64,000 bases of DNA from Auanema rhodensis (Eukaryota; Animalia; Nematoda): positions 14,260,001-14,324,000 of the forward strand of contig OZ059896.1 of the NCBI GenBank assembly GCA_964057225.1. Direction: 5' to 3'. A model generated the notes under the pieces. The model saw only the letters and a program-made list of their open reading frames with translations. It was not told the DNA's origin and made no database searches. The position numbers and the translations under genes were made by a program. This document shows positions 1 through 13,771 of the stretch, piece by piece. Numbering within the stretch: the first letter of the stretch is position 1; every line of letters starts with the position of its first letter.

Positions 1-3000
1 CCAAAAATTCCATAAGCTGTCACAGCTGCATTTAGCAAAAGAAGTTTGTTTGGAAAATTCGTAAAAATTTTAGAATTAATAGGATTATGTCAGTTGAAAA
101 TAAAAAAATTCAATGGCTACTAGTTAATTATTAATATGAAATGACACAAAAACTAAAATTTTTGATTTTTCTTTTAATTTTCATCTCAATTTTCCTCATA
201 AAAATGTAGTCGTTATATGTATATGCATATCGACAGCTTAGACTTGTGCAAACATTCGTAAATTTAGACAAAAAAATGTTTTAAATCATTGAAATGAAAC
301 GATTAATAGAAATTTGAATACTTTTTTTTCTAAAAATATATTCAGAAATTAAAATATTTTTTGAATAAAACAGCATGTTTATGAATGAATTTTCAATTTT
401 TTAAAAGTAAGCAAAACAGAGAGAAAGAGAGAGAGAGGGAGAGAATATGACTTTTAAAAGAAGTTATGTTCAAGTTAATTGACAACGTTTTACTTTCATT
501 TAGCTAGTAAGCACTTAGTACAGCTTAGAACTGGTATACCCTTCATAACAAATCCAGAAAAAAGCTGAAGAGATTAACTTTGCCTTTGGCAAAAAGGCGA
601 CCAAAAAAACCTTTTTTTCGTTTTCCTACGTTTTGATGGTTCACCAGAATGACTAAGAGTTCATGGCAAGAGTACTGGATACTGGAAACGATTCAGACGA
701 ACGTTGAACTCCGATGTCCGAATAGCAAACAGATTGGAAAGAGTAGCCGTTGATGGTTGTTTCCGACATCATTACAAATCCCAAAATTCAGAAAAAAAAC
801 GAGAAAAAGATAAAAGGAAAAGACTTAAATGAGATTTCAAGAGATAAATAATATATCTATTATAATGAAATATTGTTTTATTTTTTAGTAAACAATCTAT
901 AAAAATAAAAGATTTATGTTGTGGTATGAATCAATGACTTAAACTTAACTATCAGCTGTTCATTTCAAAAAGGTGTCATGAAGTTGAGAAAAGGCCGGAG
1001 TTCATGTGAAAAGTGATAATTCTTTATCACACAGTATTTTACTCAATTTTCAAACCTTAGTCTTGACTTTTCTCAAAATCTTCTGGGAAATTGGAGATTT
1101 GTGAAGACAAAACAGTTGGTTAGATTTCGTCTTAAGCTTTAGAAACTGGACAGATACAATGTTTTCTTGTTTTTCGAATAAAAACATCTATAAAAGCTCA
1201 TAATTCAGATGTTTAAGCTAAAGCTGAAGCTCGGGAAACGTATAACAAAGGCGGAAATCTGATAGAGCCTGTCATCATCAACATCAAATGTAGTTTATGT
1301 GTATTCGGTAGAAGCCAAAGGAGTTTTGCATTCATTTTTCTTTGTTTTACTTTCCGAATTCCAATGTTAAACTTAACAACTTCATGAACTTTGTAGTTCG
1401 TAACTTGACATAACTGAGCTGCAAGTTACAAAATAAAATTTCAGAAAAAACTGTAATAATATCATAATTATCAGAACTATTATTATATATAAAATATATT
1501 AGTTAAATTTAAAAATATATATATATATAAATTACGATTAATGTTGAATAAACATAAAATAGTATAGTGATGCAACCGCTTATAGTGAGAGTATTGCGCA
1601 AAATGCAAAATGCACGACTTTACACGCCAAATTTACGTGAAAACGCAGCCAAATATGAAGATTGCACGTGGAATCTGCAGGCATCGCTTTGGTACATTTA
1701 GAAAACGGCTAAATTGCGGAACAAAATCAGTTTGAACATGATATGTGTGAAAAGGGGGGGGGGTAGAGAAGCAGGAGTGAAGACCGTAGAAATATGAATT
1801 TTTGAGATCTATTTCTTATAATGGCCGAAACCATAAAGTGAAGGAATACGTAGAAACACTACAAGATTTTAAGGCTTATTGCAAAAAAATTGAAAAACAT
1901 TGTAATTTATGGAAAAATTGGACGCGGCAAGGGTGTCAGATTGACTTCTGGATGAGAGAATACACTGAGGAACACTTTGGTGCACAAACAAACATTTTGA
2001 TCTCAGCAAGAGCAAATATGAAATTACACGTTGATTTGCATTTCAATCTTCAGATATTTAGGAATGATCTCTCACATATTTCAGGCTCTTTTCAGGAAGA
2101 GCAGCTGTTATTTTGGCTTATCTTTTGTTCCCTGAGCGGCAAATACCAAAACTGAATGCCCTGAGGGTTACGTCTTTGTGTATATGTGTATATATGTGCA
2201 TAAACTACACAAGTAAGTGAGTACGACGAGTGAAAAAAAGTTAAAATTCTTCAAAGAGAATAGGTAGTGGAGAAGAGAACAGAGGGAAAGAAGAAGAAAG
2301 AGTGATAGAGGGAAAAGAGAGGGAGATAACGAGAGGCAAGATGAGGTTGAAACAAAAAAAAAACAAGTAAGCAGAGATGACAAGTGCTGATTGATGAGCT
2401 CTGTCTAGAAATCCATGTAGAAGATATATAAATTCCTCAGTTATTGTTTAGAAATGAATATAATTATCGTATTTTTATGAATAAAAATGAAATTTTCGTA
2501 ACAATACGAGCAGAACAACAATCTTCATCTAAGAATAGTGTAGGAGACAAGCAAAAAATGATGCTAAACTGAAAATTAGAGATAAATAAGCTAAATTTCT
2601 CTCTTCTTTTCACGTTATGCTTGTTGCGGAAATTATATTTATTCGGATAGAAAGTAAATGAATATCAAGGCTGAAAGAAAAAAAATGGTAACAACTTAAG
2701 CGGAATGTTCGGATTTGAAAGAGAGATAGATAGATGAAAGAAGTAGAGGAGGTTGGTTTTGAAGAGGAAGATACAGAAGGAAAAGGAATGAGAAAACTAA
2801 TTCAGGAAAGGGGAGGGACTAAGATTAAAGAAGTAAGAGAGATTGAGATAAAGTGAGAGAGAGAAAGGAAAGCTCGATTTAAGCATATGCAGGGCAATTC
2901 AATGAAAAACTATCGATAAACTGGTTCAATTACCTTAAAGGTTTCATCCAGGATACAGCAAACGTCACTGAGCAAGTTTCACCTTCTTTGGCAAAATTTA

Positions 3001-3319
3001 AGAAGGAGAAGCTGAAAAAGACGAAAAAGGTCTTGAAGGTTGGCATGTCGAATTCGTCAGAAGGTGAAAGATATTGCAATCATTAAGCTAGAACATCCAG
3101 CTTCATATCAGAATGTTAGAGCTTTTCTGTTGAAAGCGTTTTTGAAAAAAAAACAGCAAAAGCATCTTATAATTAAACTTCAGCTTGCTGTTGAAATCTT
3201 TGTTTGAAAAGCAAGCCCAATCAGACAACGGCGAAACGATGATGTCTAAAAAGGGAGAATTGAAGTATTCCAGAGAATTTTTCCAAAAAAAATACGTTAG
3301 AGGAGTATTTTAGAGAGAA

Positions 3320-3322
<3 letters not shown>

Positions 3323-3365
<43 letters not shown>
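3323..3365. repeat. (GA)n microsatellite within a longer polypurine tract
   Basis: Uninterrupted GA dinucleotide run read directly from the sequence. Confidence 0.95.
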
Positions 3366-3371
<6 letters not shown>

Positions 3372-3669
3372 AGAAGGGGAGAGAGAGAGAAAGATAGAGA
3401 GGGGGGAGGGAATTCATTCATAGGATTAAAGCAGACTAGGATTTTCTGAAAGTTCCAATAAAATATTTTATTATTGAACCTTCAGCTTTTATAGTTTTTG
3501 AGTAGTATATAAGTTACGAAAAATTGGTTGTATTCCCTCTCAACTCTGAACTTGATATTCAGCATTCAAAAATGGAAAAAATGGAACTCATCTATTGCCA
3601 TATGATAGCCTAACTTTGTTTAAATATTAAAGAACAATATCATCGATCTGACAAAATATAAAAAGAACG

Positions 3670-3673
<4 letters not shown>

Positions 3674-3716
<43 letters not shown>
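3674..3716. repeat. (AG)n microsatellite
   Basis: Uninterrupted AG run. Confidence 0.95.
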
Positions 3717-3719
<3 letters not shown>

Positions 3720-6700
3720 GATTAGAGAGAGAGAGAATGAGATTTAAAAAAAAGAACGTATATCAAAAGCTAGTAACATGTGAGAACATAACGTTTAACA
3801 ATCTAAAAAGTTCAAAAAGACATGCTGATGATAACGATGTTTCAAGTCAAAGGCCAATACTGACAATCGTTTTTGTTGTTTTTTTTTTAAATTAAAATAG
3901 CTCATTTGAACATCACATTGCCTTCTTCTTTATGCTATCATGTACCTTTGTAGATTTTTTGCGATCTGTTGTCAGCTTTTTCTAATCACTTTACAAACAA
4001 TGTTCTTCCTCATACTTCACACTAACTGCTCCAGTTCAAAATGTTTCTTCAAAAGTATGTATGTATAATCAGAAACATTTGAAAATAGAAGAAAAAATTA
4101 ATTTTATATGATAATACATACGAAATGATTAGTAGCTTTTTAACGTTTTTTTATTCTTTTTTTAGCTTTCAAATAAATTTTTCACAACATGATTATGTAT
4201 GTGAGAATTACTATTTAACTATGCTGCTTTAAATTATTTAATTATACTTGAAAAATAAGTTTAGCAATAGATTAAAACCTTTGTGACATTTTGAGGATAT
4301 GTCGGAGTAGGCACTTTTCAGAAGTCGAGAACTAATTTTCAACTTCTTACCGCTCTTCTATGCCTAAGGCGATATTTAACAGCATGACCATTCAAAGTTC
4401 TTAAAGCTTCGTTCAAAGTTTTTGCCATAAAGTCTGACAACACAACATACACCATTGTTATGTTTTGAACAGAAATTTATTTGAAAAATTTAAGAAGAAT
4501 GAATCCAAAAGAAAAAAAAGTAAAATTAAAAAAATATGATGCTAATGAAAAAAAGGTAGTTCATTAAGTAACAGAAAAAGAAAAATGAGGAATAAAATGA
4601 AGAAGAAATGAGAGAAATACGAAATTATTCTGCATATAACTACATAATTTAACAATTATAATTTATAAATATGATGAAAAAAACATGTTAGAATGTATAT
4701 ATACATATATGTATATATACGTTTATATGTATATAAAATATTCTGATCAAGATATTATTCAAAAAATAAGTTATTCCTTCTATTAATGAATGTATATAAT
4801 TATTTTTATTTCAATAATCTTCATCTTTTATTTTATTTTTAAATATGAATGTTAACAATTTATTTGATTCATTATATAATTAGTTAAATATAATAAATCA
4901 TATAATTAACAAATTAAAAAACTTCATATGTAATCAAATAATTCAATAAGAATTAAATAACTTATTTAAGAAACATAAAAACTCAACCGTAGATCAGCAC
5001 AAATGATGAATTAAAATGAAAATCATGAGCTTACGTAAGCTTACGTGAACTACCACTGTATGCTAATTAGTTATATAAGTTATAGATATGATATAATATC
5101 ATTGTAAAAGTTCAAAACGTATCTAATTTCTAATGAATTCAGCTTTAAAAATTACTTTTTTTATTTTTTTGAAAGCACGAGTGGAAAGAAAAGAAAAAAC
5201 AATCAATTTTTCCTTTTTCATGCTAATTATATGAGTGGTTTCAATTAAATATTGAAAAGTATTTAAATAAATAAAAGTCTTTTTTTTTTGAAATAACAGA
5301 CATTTCAAAAGTTTGATTTCTATATTTTTCCTGGAAATATGTTACAAACCTGACAGAATATGAAAATTTTGCTGAAATAAGCTTCAATTATTCTGTAAAA
5401 CTTACAGCTTTCTCATTAATTTTGTATAAAAAACATAATATATTTGTTATAGTTGCAAGAAAATTACATATAGTTATGTTTACATTCTTGAATTTATTGA
5501 TTAACTTGATTAATTAATAGAAGAAGACTAATGATAAACAACATGATGACTTTTAACATCTGTCAAACTGAACATATCAAGCTTTAATTTTTTTTTTCAT
5601 CTTGAAATTTGAAAGCTTGAACAAAAACTAAATATTTTTTCCAAATTTATTATTATTGCAGGAAAGAAGAAATTGATAAAGTAGCTTCTGAGGTCAAACC
5701 TTGTAATATAGAAAGATTAACGATTTAAGAGTTGAAACATAGAATCATTTTTCAATAAAAAATGACATTTAAATGATAAAAAATGAATTATAAAAAGATT
5801 TTAAGTATTACAAGACAGAAAAAAACATAAAAAATAAAAAAAAATTTGTGATAAAATGAAAGAGATATAGTTTGAATTAATAAAGGTCGTTATCCAATGT
5901 GGATGAAGAGTAATGTCTCTTCGACTATTTGGAAGCCAACTGTCGTTTATTTGTTGAAGAATGGTGTTGAAAAGACACAGGTCGATGGAAAAATATAATA
6001 GTTTTAGAAACATGAGATTAAAGAAATGTTAAAAAGAAATCGTAAGGATTTTTTGAAAAAAAAAGGAAAAAAATGATTGAGAGAGGAAGAAAGGTTTTGT
6101 GATCAATTGATTGATCTATTGCATTTTAAAATTTAACGCTCATTCGATTCATAGTCTCAAGTTCACAAATATTTATTGGGAATTTAGGTTTTTTTTTGTT
6201 TTTTTGAACCGAAAATCGCAACAATTTCTAGTAAATTCAATCAATATTGTGGTTTTTTTGTAAACAAAGATTATAAATTGCTGAAAGGATATACATGTAT
6301 CTGAGATTGCTCATTAAACTGGGGACACAGAGATTTCATACGATGAACAAGGTTTCTTTTAGGATGAGATGAGATATATAAGGTCTTTTTATCTTATTTG
6401 TTTAGTTCTTCAATTATTTTGAAAAGAAATTGGTCTTAAAAGCTTGTTATGTGTCAGATGGATACACAAGATCAGATAATTGACCAACAAATGGCCAATG
6501 ATCAGGTGCCATATGCTTTTAGTCCAAAAAACCGCAGATATCAGAGCAAGAAATATAAATCTCATGAAGAGCAATTTGAAAAAAATAGATAAATGAACTG
6601 ACTGTAGACCGGATGATAAAGCTTGCCTTCTAGCATGAGCGAGCCATCTAGCACAAGCTTTGAATCTGAACTAGACCTCTCTTTCACATCAGCTTACAAT

Positions 6701-7937
6701 TGAATTTTTTATTCGAACATATGTACATATGAAATTTTTGTATATTTATATAAGGGAACAATGACATCTGGGAACTTTTGCAGGTTTCTATTTCAATTTA
6801 AAAAAAAAGTTATCTAAACTATAACGAAGGAACTATTTTGCAGTTTAAGCCATATGGTATTTGCAGAAAGTTTTGAAAATAAAAAAGAAAAAGACGAAAA
6901 ATGATTAAAATTTGAAAAAAGTGCAAATGAAATCGGAAAACAGAAAAAAATCGAGCGAGAAAAAGAATTTAACAATTATTATCTTAAATGAAAGGAAGAC
7001 TTCTACTCCAGAAGTGCAAACCGCTTTAAATTTTCTAATAAAAAGCTTACCGGCATGAATCTCAGGCTGCTCTCTTGGCACTTGGCTAGTTCAATAGCAA
7101 AATTATTCAAAATAAATAAATTTTCCAATGTTAGATAAGTTAATCACGCAAGCTTAGTTTAGAGACTCAAGTTTCAAATAACTGTTCAAAAGCTTTTTGT
7201 CTAAATTAACCCAATTATATACAACTTCGTCTAGCTAATATTGCTTATTATTTCATTCAAAAATTGAATTAAAACTAAGAAAACAGAAATGAAACGAAAA
7301 TTATAAGAATAAATATTCTATTCGAGTTGATTTCTGTGCCACCAAGTCAAAGCGAATACTAAAATGAATGTGATTGTCTTAGTAAATTATGGCAAAAAAA
7401 AAATTTTTTTTCATTAAATGAAGTAATGTCAAATAGTAGATTTGTGTGTGTTTTGACCTCAACCTTTATTTATTTATAAATGCATACATAATTTTTCATT
7501 TTTTACATAAAACTTTACTTTATTTCTTTTATGATTTTTCTCACTTCATATGCAATATTTTATAACTTATTTGCCTATTTTGTATTAAGGCAGGGAAATA
7601 CATAGAAAGATAGAGAACTTTTTGGTATTCGAGAAGGAGAAGAAGATAGATTATCAAATCTACTAATCTATTCTATATATTATCCTGTGTTAAAGCTTTT
7701 AGCAATCAATTCAATGAATTCATAATCCAAAACATGATCCAGCCTACTAGAGTTATCCATCTAATCAAAATCATTTGTGCCTTGTGTTATATCTAAAAGC
7801 ACAATTAGCTACTAAAGTTTGACTATGGGTTTCTGTTTGGTAATATTTATGCTAATTTGGGCTATTAAAAGCAATATAATACGTACATTTATTAATTTTT
7901 TCTTTTTGCTTTATAGAGTAAGGAAGAAAAAATTCGT

Positions 7938-10188
7938 ATGTACATGCAGAAGTTACCACCAAGCTATAGGCATGCTAAACAAGGTGAACTAAAACCTGTC
8001 AAAGCGGAACACACGAACTACGACTATGCTGAGGTAAGAGGATATTTCGTTTTCTTTTTCCTTGTGTTATATTTCATGTTTTTCTATTATATTAGGTTAA
8101 TTATCCAGCGGAAGACTTGGCTGTAATAAGCTTATCACATACCGTGGGCTTTAGTCCTGATTATATTGCTCTAATTGATTTAGATGAAAATAGTTCAACA
8201 TATTCTCAGGTTTTTTTAAGTTTTCACTATATATTACATATTTTTTATATTCAGATAATTTGTAAAGTTCGTCTTGGTAATGGTGAAGAGCCTGGACGAA
8301 TGAATTGGATAAGTTCTGCAAGTCATTTAAACGATATAATTACTGTAAGTATCTCCTGAAACCCAACCTTATGATTCAGTTTTGCTAATTTAAAACTCTC
8401 TTTAGGCTGATCGAACACATCTTGTGGTGCCATGTATGAATACAAATAGAATATATATAATTGCAAGAGAAGGACGTCAACTACGAATCGCTAAAGTATG
8501 TTTCGAAATTCAGAATCAGTTATAGAATAATATATTTCAGGTTATACACTCAAATGAACTTCACTGTAGGGATATATCGTGTCCATATGCTGTACATTCA
8601 CTTCCGATTAAAGGAGCTCCAGCACATGTTTCAACTATGGGTGATCGAGATGGTCATGCTAAAGGTACATGCATGTTATAACTTCTAAATTCATAATCTA
8701 TATTTAGGAGATTTCTTACTGATTGATAAGAATACGTTTGAGCTTCGAACAAGAAAGAAAGCTGATGTTTTTAGTGGATATGGCGGTGATTTTTCTCTTC
8801 AAACTCGGCATAATGTGGTGATTAGTTGTGAATGGGGTCATCCAAGATTATTCCGAAATGGATTAACAGTTGAAGATTTAGAAAATGGTTTTATTCAATT
8901 TTTAAAATATAAGTTTTGAAATAATTCAGTTTCAACATCATTTGGTAACTGTTTACATGTTTGGCAAATATCTCCGGGTGTATTGAAACAAACTATAGAA
9001 CTAGATGCTAATTTTGGTCAATTAACCACTTGTGTTCGGTAATTTTTTAGTCGTTTTCTCTCTATCAATAAAACCTTACAAACTTTCTCAGTTTCCTGCA
9101 TAATGCTGATTGTAATCATGCGTTTGTATGTTCCGCATTAGGAGGTGGTATCTATCATTTGTATATGGAATCAGTAGCTGGACGTTGGACAGCAGATCAT
9201 GTATTAACAATTCCACCTTATAAGGTTAGTAGAAGAATCTAACTAACAAACCTTATACAGAACATTAAGGTGACTAACTGGATTAGCAACGAAATTCCTG
9301 CTCTTCTAACTGATATGGTTATATCATTAGATGATCATTGGTTGTATGTAGCTGGATGGCTACATGGTGTTATTTGGAGATTTGATATTTCTGATCCTTT
9401 TCGAATATCTATGTCTTCAAAGGTACTTTTCGTTAAGTCTGACGAAGGCAAAGCAAAAACATCGAAATATTTCCATAAATGTGCATGAAATCATGTTTCA
9501 TAATGAAAATTCTGGAAAAATAAAAAAAGGTGCAAAAAGCAGAAAGTGCCAACCGATCGTCTAAAAATACAAAATAAAATAAATCGATTCACGTGAAACT
9601 TCACTTGATTTATTGTGCATATAAATTAGCATAATAAGATGAAAATCATAGAATGCTAACTTTGTTTAAATCGGAAGTTATATCTCTTTCAGATTAGTCT
9701 AGGTGGGATATTAGCAGCCTTTCCCGATATTGTACTTCAATCTGAAGCCGGTTGTGAGCCTACCGTAAGTTTACTCTTATTGTTATGATAACATATATTG
9801 TTTTTGAGAACTCCGATGTTTCTCAAACCAGCTTTCGAGGTGGACCAGGAACATTACAATTAAGTTTAGATGGAAAACGGCTTTTTGTTTGTAATTCATT
9901 TTATAAGCCATGGGATGCACAATTTTATCCTGATTTAGTAAGGTGAGGCTATTAAGATTATATTAAGCTCGTATCATTGATTTAAGCACTGGAAGTCAAA
10001 TAATACGAATTGATGTTTTACATAACGATATGGTAGTAAATGAACGTTTCAATGTGGATTTATCTGTAAGTCGTTGAGCAAAGTCCATTCTAAGTTTACA
10101 AGCTTTGCAGAAAATGCCTGAAGGAGCATATGCTGCCCGCGAAATACATTTCATTTCTGGTGATTGTACAGCCGACAGTTTCCAATAA
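7938..10188 (+). CDS. Selenium-binding protein (SELENBP1/SBP56 family), divergent paralogue; multi-exon; start uncertain
   Basis: Spliced translation gives family motifs [95 protein letters not shown] and the C-terminal GDCTADSFQ*. The reading frame is already open at the acceptor at ~7917, so upstream exons may exist. Confidence 0.92.
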
Positions 10189-10349
10189 ATAGTAAAATTT
10201 ACTAACTAAAACGATAAGATATTTATATTAGAATGTTTCACAGTTATTATTCTCATATGTTTGTATTATGACCGCAAAAACGCGTAAAAAACCCGAAAAA
10301 AACAGAAATTAGTGAAAACTTAAGGCGAATTGTTGTAGGGACTGAGCAA

Positions 10350-13300
10350 TTACATTCTTATGAAATTCCTAGATTTTGAAACAATAAAACGACCCAGCAT
10401 TCCGCATAATGGTTGGAATTTGAAGTCACCGGTTTCGAGAACTAAAAAGTAGAGGCATTAAGTGCGCTTAACATTAACTACAAACCATCGAGTAAAAGAT
10501 CTAGATTAGCTCTAAACTCCTTGTAATGGGACTCTAAGCTGACACTATCTCCAAGATTGAAAGCATTAGCAAAAAGAATGCAACTTTCACACATCTGGAA
10601 AGAACCAATGTTTACTTTTGTGATCTAAACAGTCTATGTGCACCTTAGTAACAAAGCTAAAAGCCTTGTTAGTGAAAACAATATGGAAAATTGTATTTGT
10701 TCGTACTTCTCTAATAAATCGTCTAAATAGGAAATTGAAATTCTTTCAAAAATCAAAATATTACCTATGAGAATCGATCATAGATGTTACAGTATCAGCA
10801 TTATCTAGCTCTTCCTTAAAGTAAAATAAAATTAGAAATGTAAATTCATTATCAAACAAACATTGAAAGTTTCCCACAAAGGAGAAACTGTTTGATAAGT
10901 ATGTGATATGAGGTTACTTAAAACTCGGTCCATAACATGCTTATAATAAAATGCTCGTCGATCTTCTCCTGGTAACAGGTAGTGATTCCGAGTTGAGAGC
11001 TAAACGTAGCCAATAATATTAAATTTAACCTCGAAACATTTACATGTGTTATGGCATCAAAGCCTCCAAAGATCTTTTGAAGCCCTTCACCAATGATTTC
11101 ATATCCATGTTGATGTTTCTCGGTTATAACAACAGAAACTATTTTTGACAAAGTTACTGCAAGTCGTCCACCGTTAGGTCCTCCAGCACTGATTGCAGAT
11201 TGATATTCTGGAGGTAAATCAGGACAAAAATATTGCTTTGAGCTGAAGGATTTCCTAAACCGACCAATGATGCATATAGGAAGGACTGTGTTTACCTTTC
11301 TGATACTTGACAACGATGGAGAAAAAGCTTATACATGATATTGGCAGCTATTTTCACTTCGCTTCGCATATATGAGATCAACATAGATTGAGAATTTTTC
11401 CTGAAACAACGAAAATAATAAAAAATTTCAGTTTTCTTTAGTTCAGTTTCAGTTTTCACCGTTGCAAACAAAAGCTGTTTTACTGACAAACCTGGTAAAA
11501 ACGTTGAATATATAAGTTAAATCTAGAATATGTTCTCCATGCTCTTGCATGAATTCTTTAATAGCTTTACCAACAAAAGTATTTGGGTCTCGAACCTGAA
11601 ACATAAAGTAAAGAAGAAAAGCATGCAAAATTCAAAGAATTGATACGTTTTTCTGAAGTTCATGTAATTCAGGATTCTGTAAATTATTGTCATGGGCAAT
11701 TTCTCTAATAATTGCTCCATACCATAAGATATTTGAACACATGTTCCCAGAAACTAATGATGTTGGTTTAATGTATAAACTTTCACCACTTGATACACTA
11801 ACGCTGTCTATGAATAATAAAAATTTATGGATCGAATTGTTTCAAAAACACTAACCTACTTCAGATGCATTTTCAATTACTCCATCTTCAAAAACGGCTA
11901 TTCCTCTCTCAGAAAAAAGATAAAGAGTTCTGTGTGAAATAAGATAGTTAGAGATAATGTATATACGAACTAACTTGACAATATGTATATTTACTTGTTT
12001 CAAAACTCTAGAAGCTATATCCTTAATGAAATCTAATGAAGTTGCCAAATTGTATTGAAGGAAAGTTGAGATTTCAGTAGCCTATTCGAACATATGTATA
12101 GATTTTTCATAAACTATTTCACTACTTACAACTAGATTACCATCTAACAATCTCTCACATACTTCAATAAATCCTAAAAAATTACTAGGATAGTAAGTCA
12201 TACGGGTGAGTTTTTCATAGAAATCTCCCATTTCAACTATTTCGTTCTCAAGAAAGGAGCTAGAAAACATTATAAGCATCTTATAAGTTTATTTAGAACC
12301 TGAATATACTAATCTCTTCAATCACAGCTCGTTTTAAAACATCTTTACACCCAACACATGATAAGCTGGTTAACTTTTTATTGGCAGCCATCAATCTGAA
12401 GTTAATCTACATGAAGTTACATGAAATATTCACAAACCTATTGCCTAATTCCAGATGCATCGTCAAAATACTTCGGGTTAGTTTGATACCAAAGCCACAT
12501 TCATCTCGAACTTCAACATACTCAGGTAAAACCAGAGAAGAAACCTGGAAAAACATTAAATAAAATCCAGAAAGTAGAAATGAACATACTCCATCTCTTA
12601 AATTGAATAGTTCCGAACTAATTCCAGAATATAAAAACATGAGGCTTTTCAATACTTCTTCTTTGGTGAAAGATAACATTTCTATATTAATTTCTAGAGT
12701 TTTATGAATCAAAAGAAATTTATACCTATATTAACCTTGGAATTATTTAAAATATTTTGATCTAAAGCTCTTAATGAATCATCGAATATCAATTTTCGGA
12801 AATGATCAGAGAGGCGTCCATTCTCTTCCCATGGATTACTACTCGGGAGTGGTTCTGAAAGCTTATCAGTTTCTATAGTTGACAGAGAGAATATTCTGAC
12901 CAGGCTCAAGTTCTTCAATTTGCCAAAGTAATTTGTTTAATACTGGAGATATATCAAAAGGTAAAGCATGAAGCCTGTCAGAAGTTAAAAAGGGAAGTTT
13001 ATATACAGATTGAAGTTCATCGTCTTCAGAAGGGAATGGCATTCTAACCTAGCAAAATAACATTTTTAAAACGTTATAATGAAGTTTTGAAAATACCAAG
13101 CTTTGTTTGACTGCATATGCACAAGAAGAGTTATACATGTGTTCATCACTGAGTAGTCTAACAGCTATTAACACAAAGTAAGTTATAGACTCATCAAGTT
13201 CTACTATTTTTTCTGCAAATATCATGGAAGTTCAAAATTGAATTTATAAATAGTACCTATGTACTTCTTAAGAACACTGAGAAGAGCAGGTTGATGAGAA

Positions 13301-13531
13301 AAAAGACGTTCTATTCGGAGTAAAAACTCATCTTTTAGCTCAGATAAAGAAACCTAAAGTTCGATATAGTAGAAATAATGCTTTCATCTACAAAGTTACT
13401 CCTTCTCCTTTGCGTCGAAGAGGCTTTGTTTTCAATACATTCAGCATCAAGCCCGTAAGAGTGATAGTAGATATTCCTCCCGGAGGAGGGCATTTCCTTC
13501 CATAAATCAAGGTACTAACATCACTCAACAT
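10350..13531 (-). CDS. Divergent gamma-tubulin complex protein (Spc97/Spc98, GCP family; GCP5/6-like)
   Basis: Phase-consistent multi-exon model. GRIP1-like start KEEVLKSLMFLYSGISSELF...LTMHLELGNRL. GRIP2-like C-terminus KIVSVVITEKHQHGYEII...YYKHVMDRVLSNLISHTYQTVSPLWETFNEELDNADTVTSMIDSHRRFIREV...HYKEFRANLDLLLDVL. Confidence 0.72.
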
Positions 13532-13771
13532 CTGCTACCTGTAAATCCAAGTTAAGATTGTAAACACTTGGTAATGTTATGAAGAAAATATGCCAAACAA
13601 GATGATTATGTTATGTGAATAAAAAAACACAGGTCGACCAAAAATTAAAAATTTATAACAATCTATGTATTTCAACATATATTAACAAGTCAACTATTGA
13701 ATTCATATAAAGAAATCAAAATATATCTAATATTATAACTTTAAAAAAATTCCTAGTACTTGCAATCATAT

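Noticed and set aside
1560-1740. GC-richer block resembling a MITE remnant
   Set aside because: No terminal inverted repeats, target-site duplication or second copy could be shown in the window.
1802-2155. 117-aa ORF from the track
   Set aside because: It starts at TTG, has no recognisable motif and has no supporting splice structure.
1-7900. Impression of excess AGCT/AAGCTT words and phased A-tracts in non-coding DNA
   Set aside because: This cannot be quantified by eye; it needs k-mer and periodicity statistics against a genome background.
12850-12945. Apparent frameshift or ultra-short intron in the GCP gene
   Set aside because: It is resolved by an ordinary 46-nt GT...TTTCAG intron.
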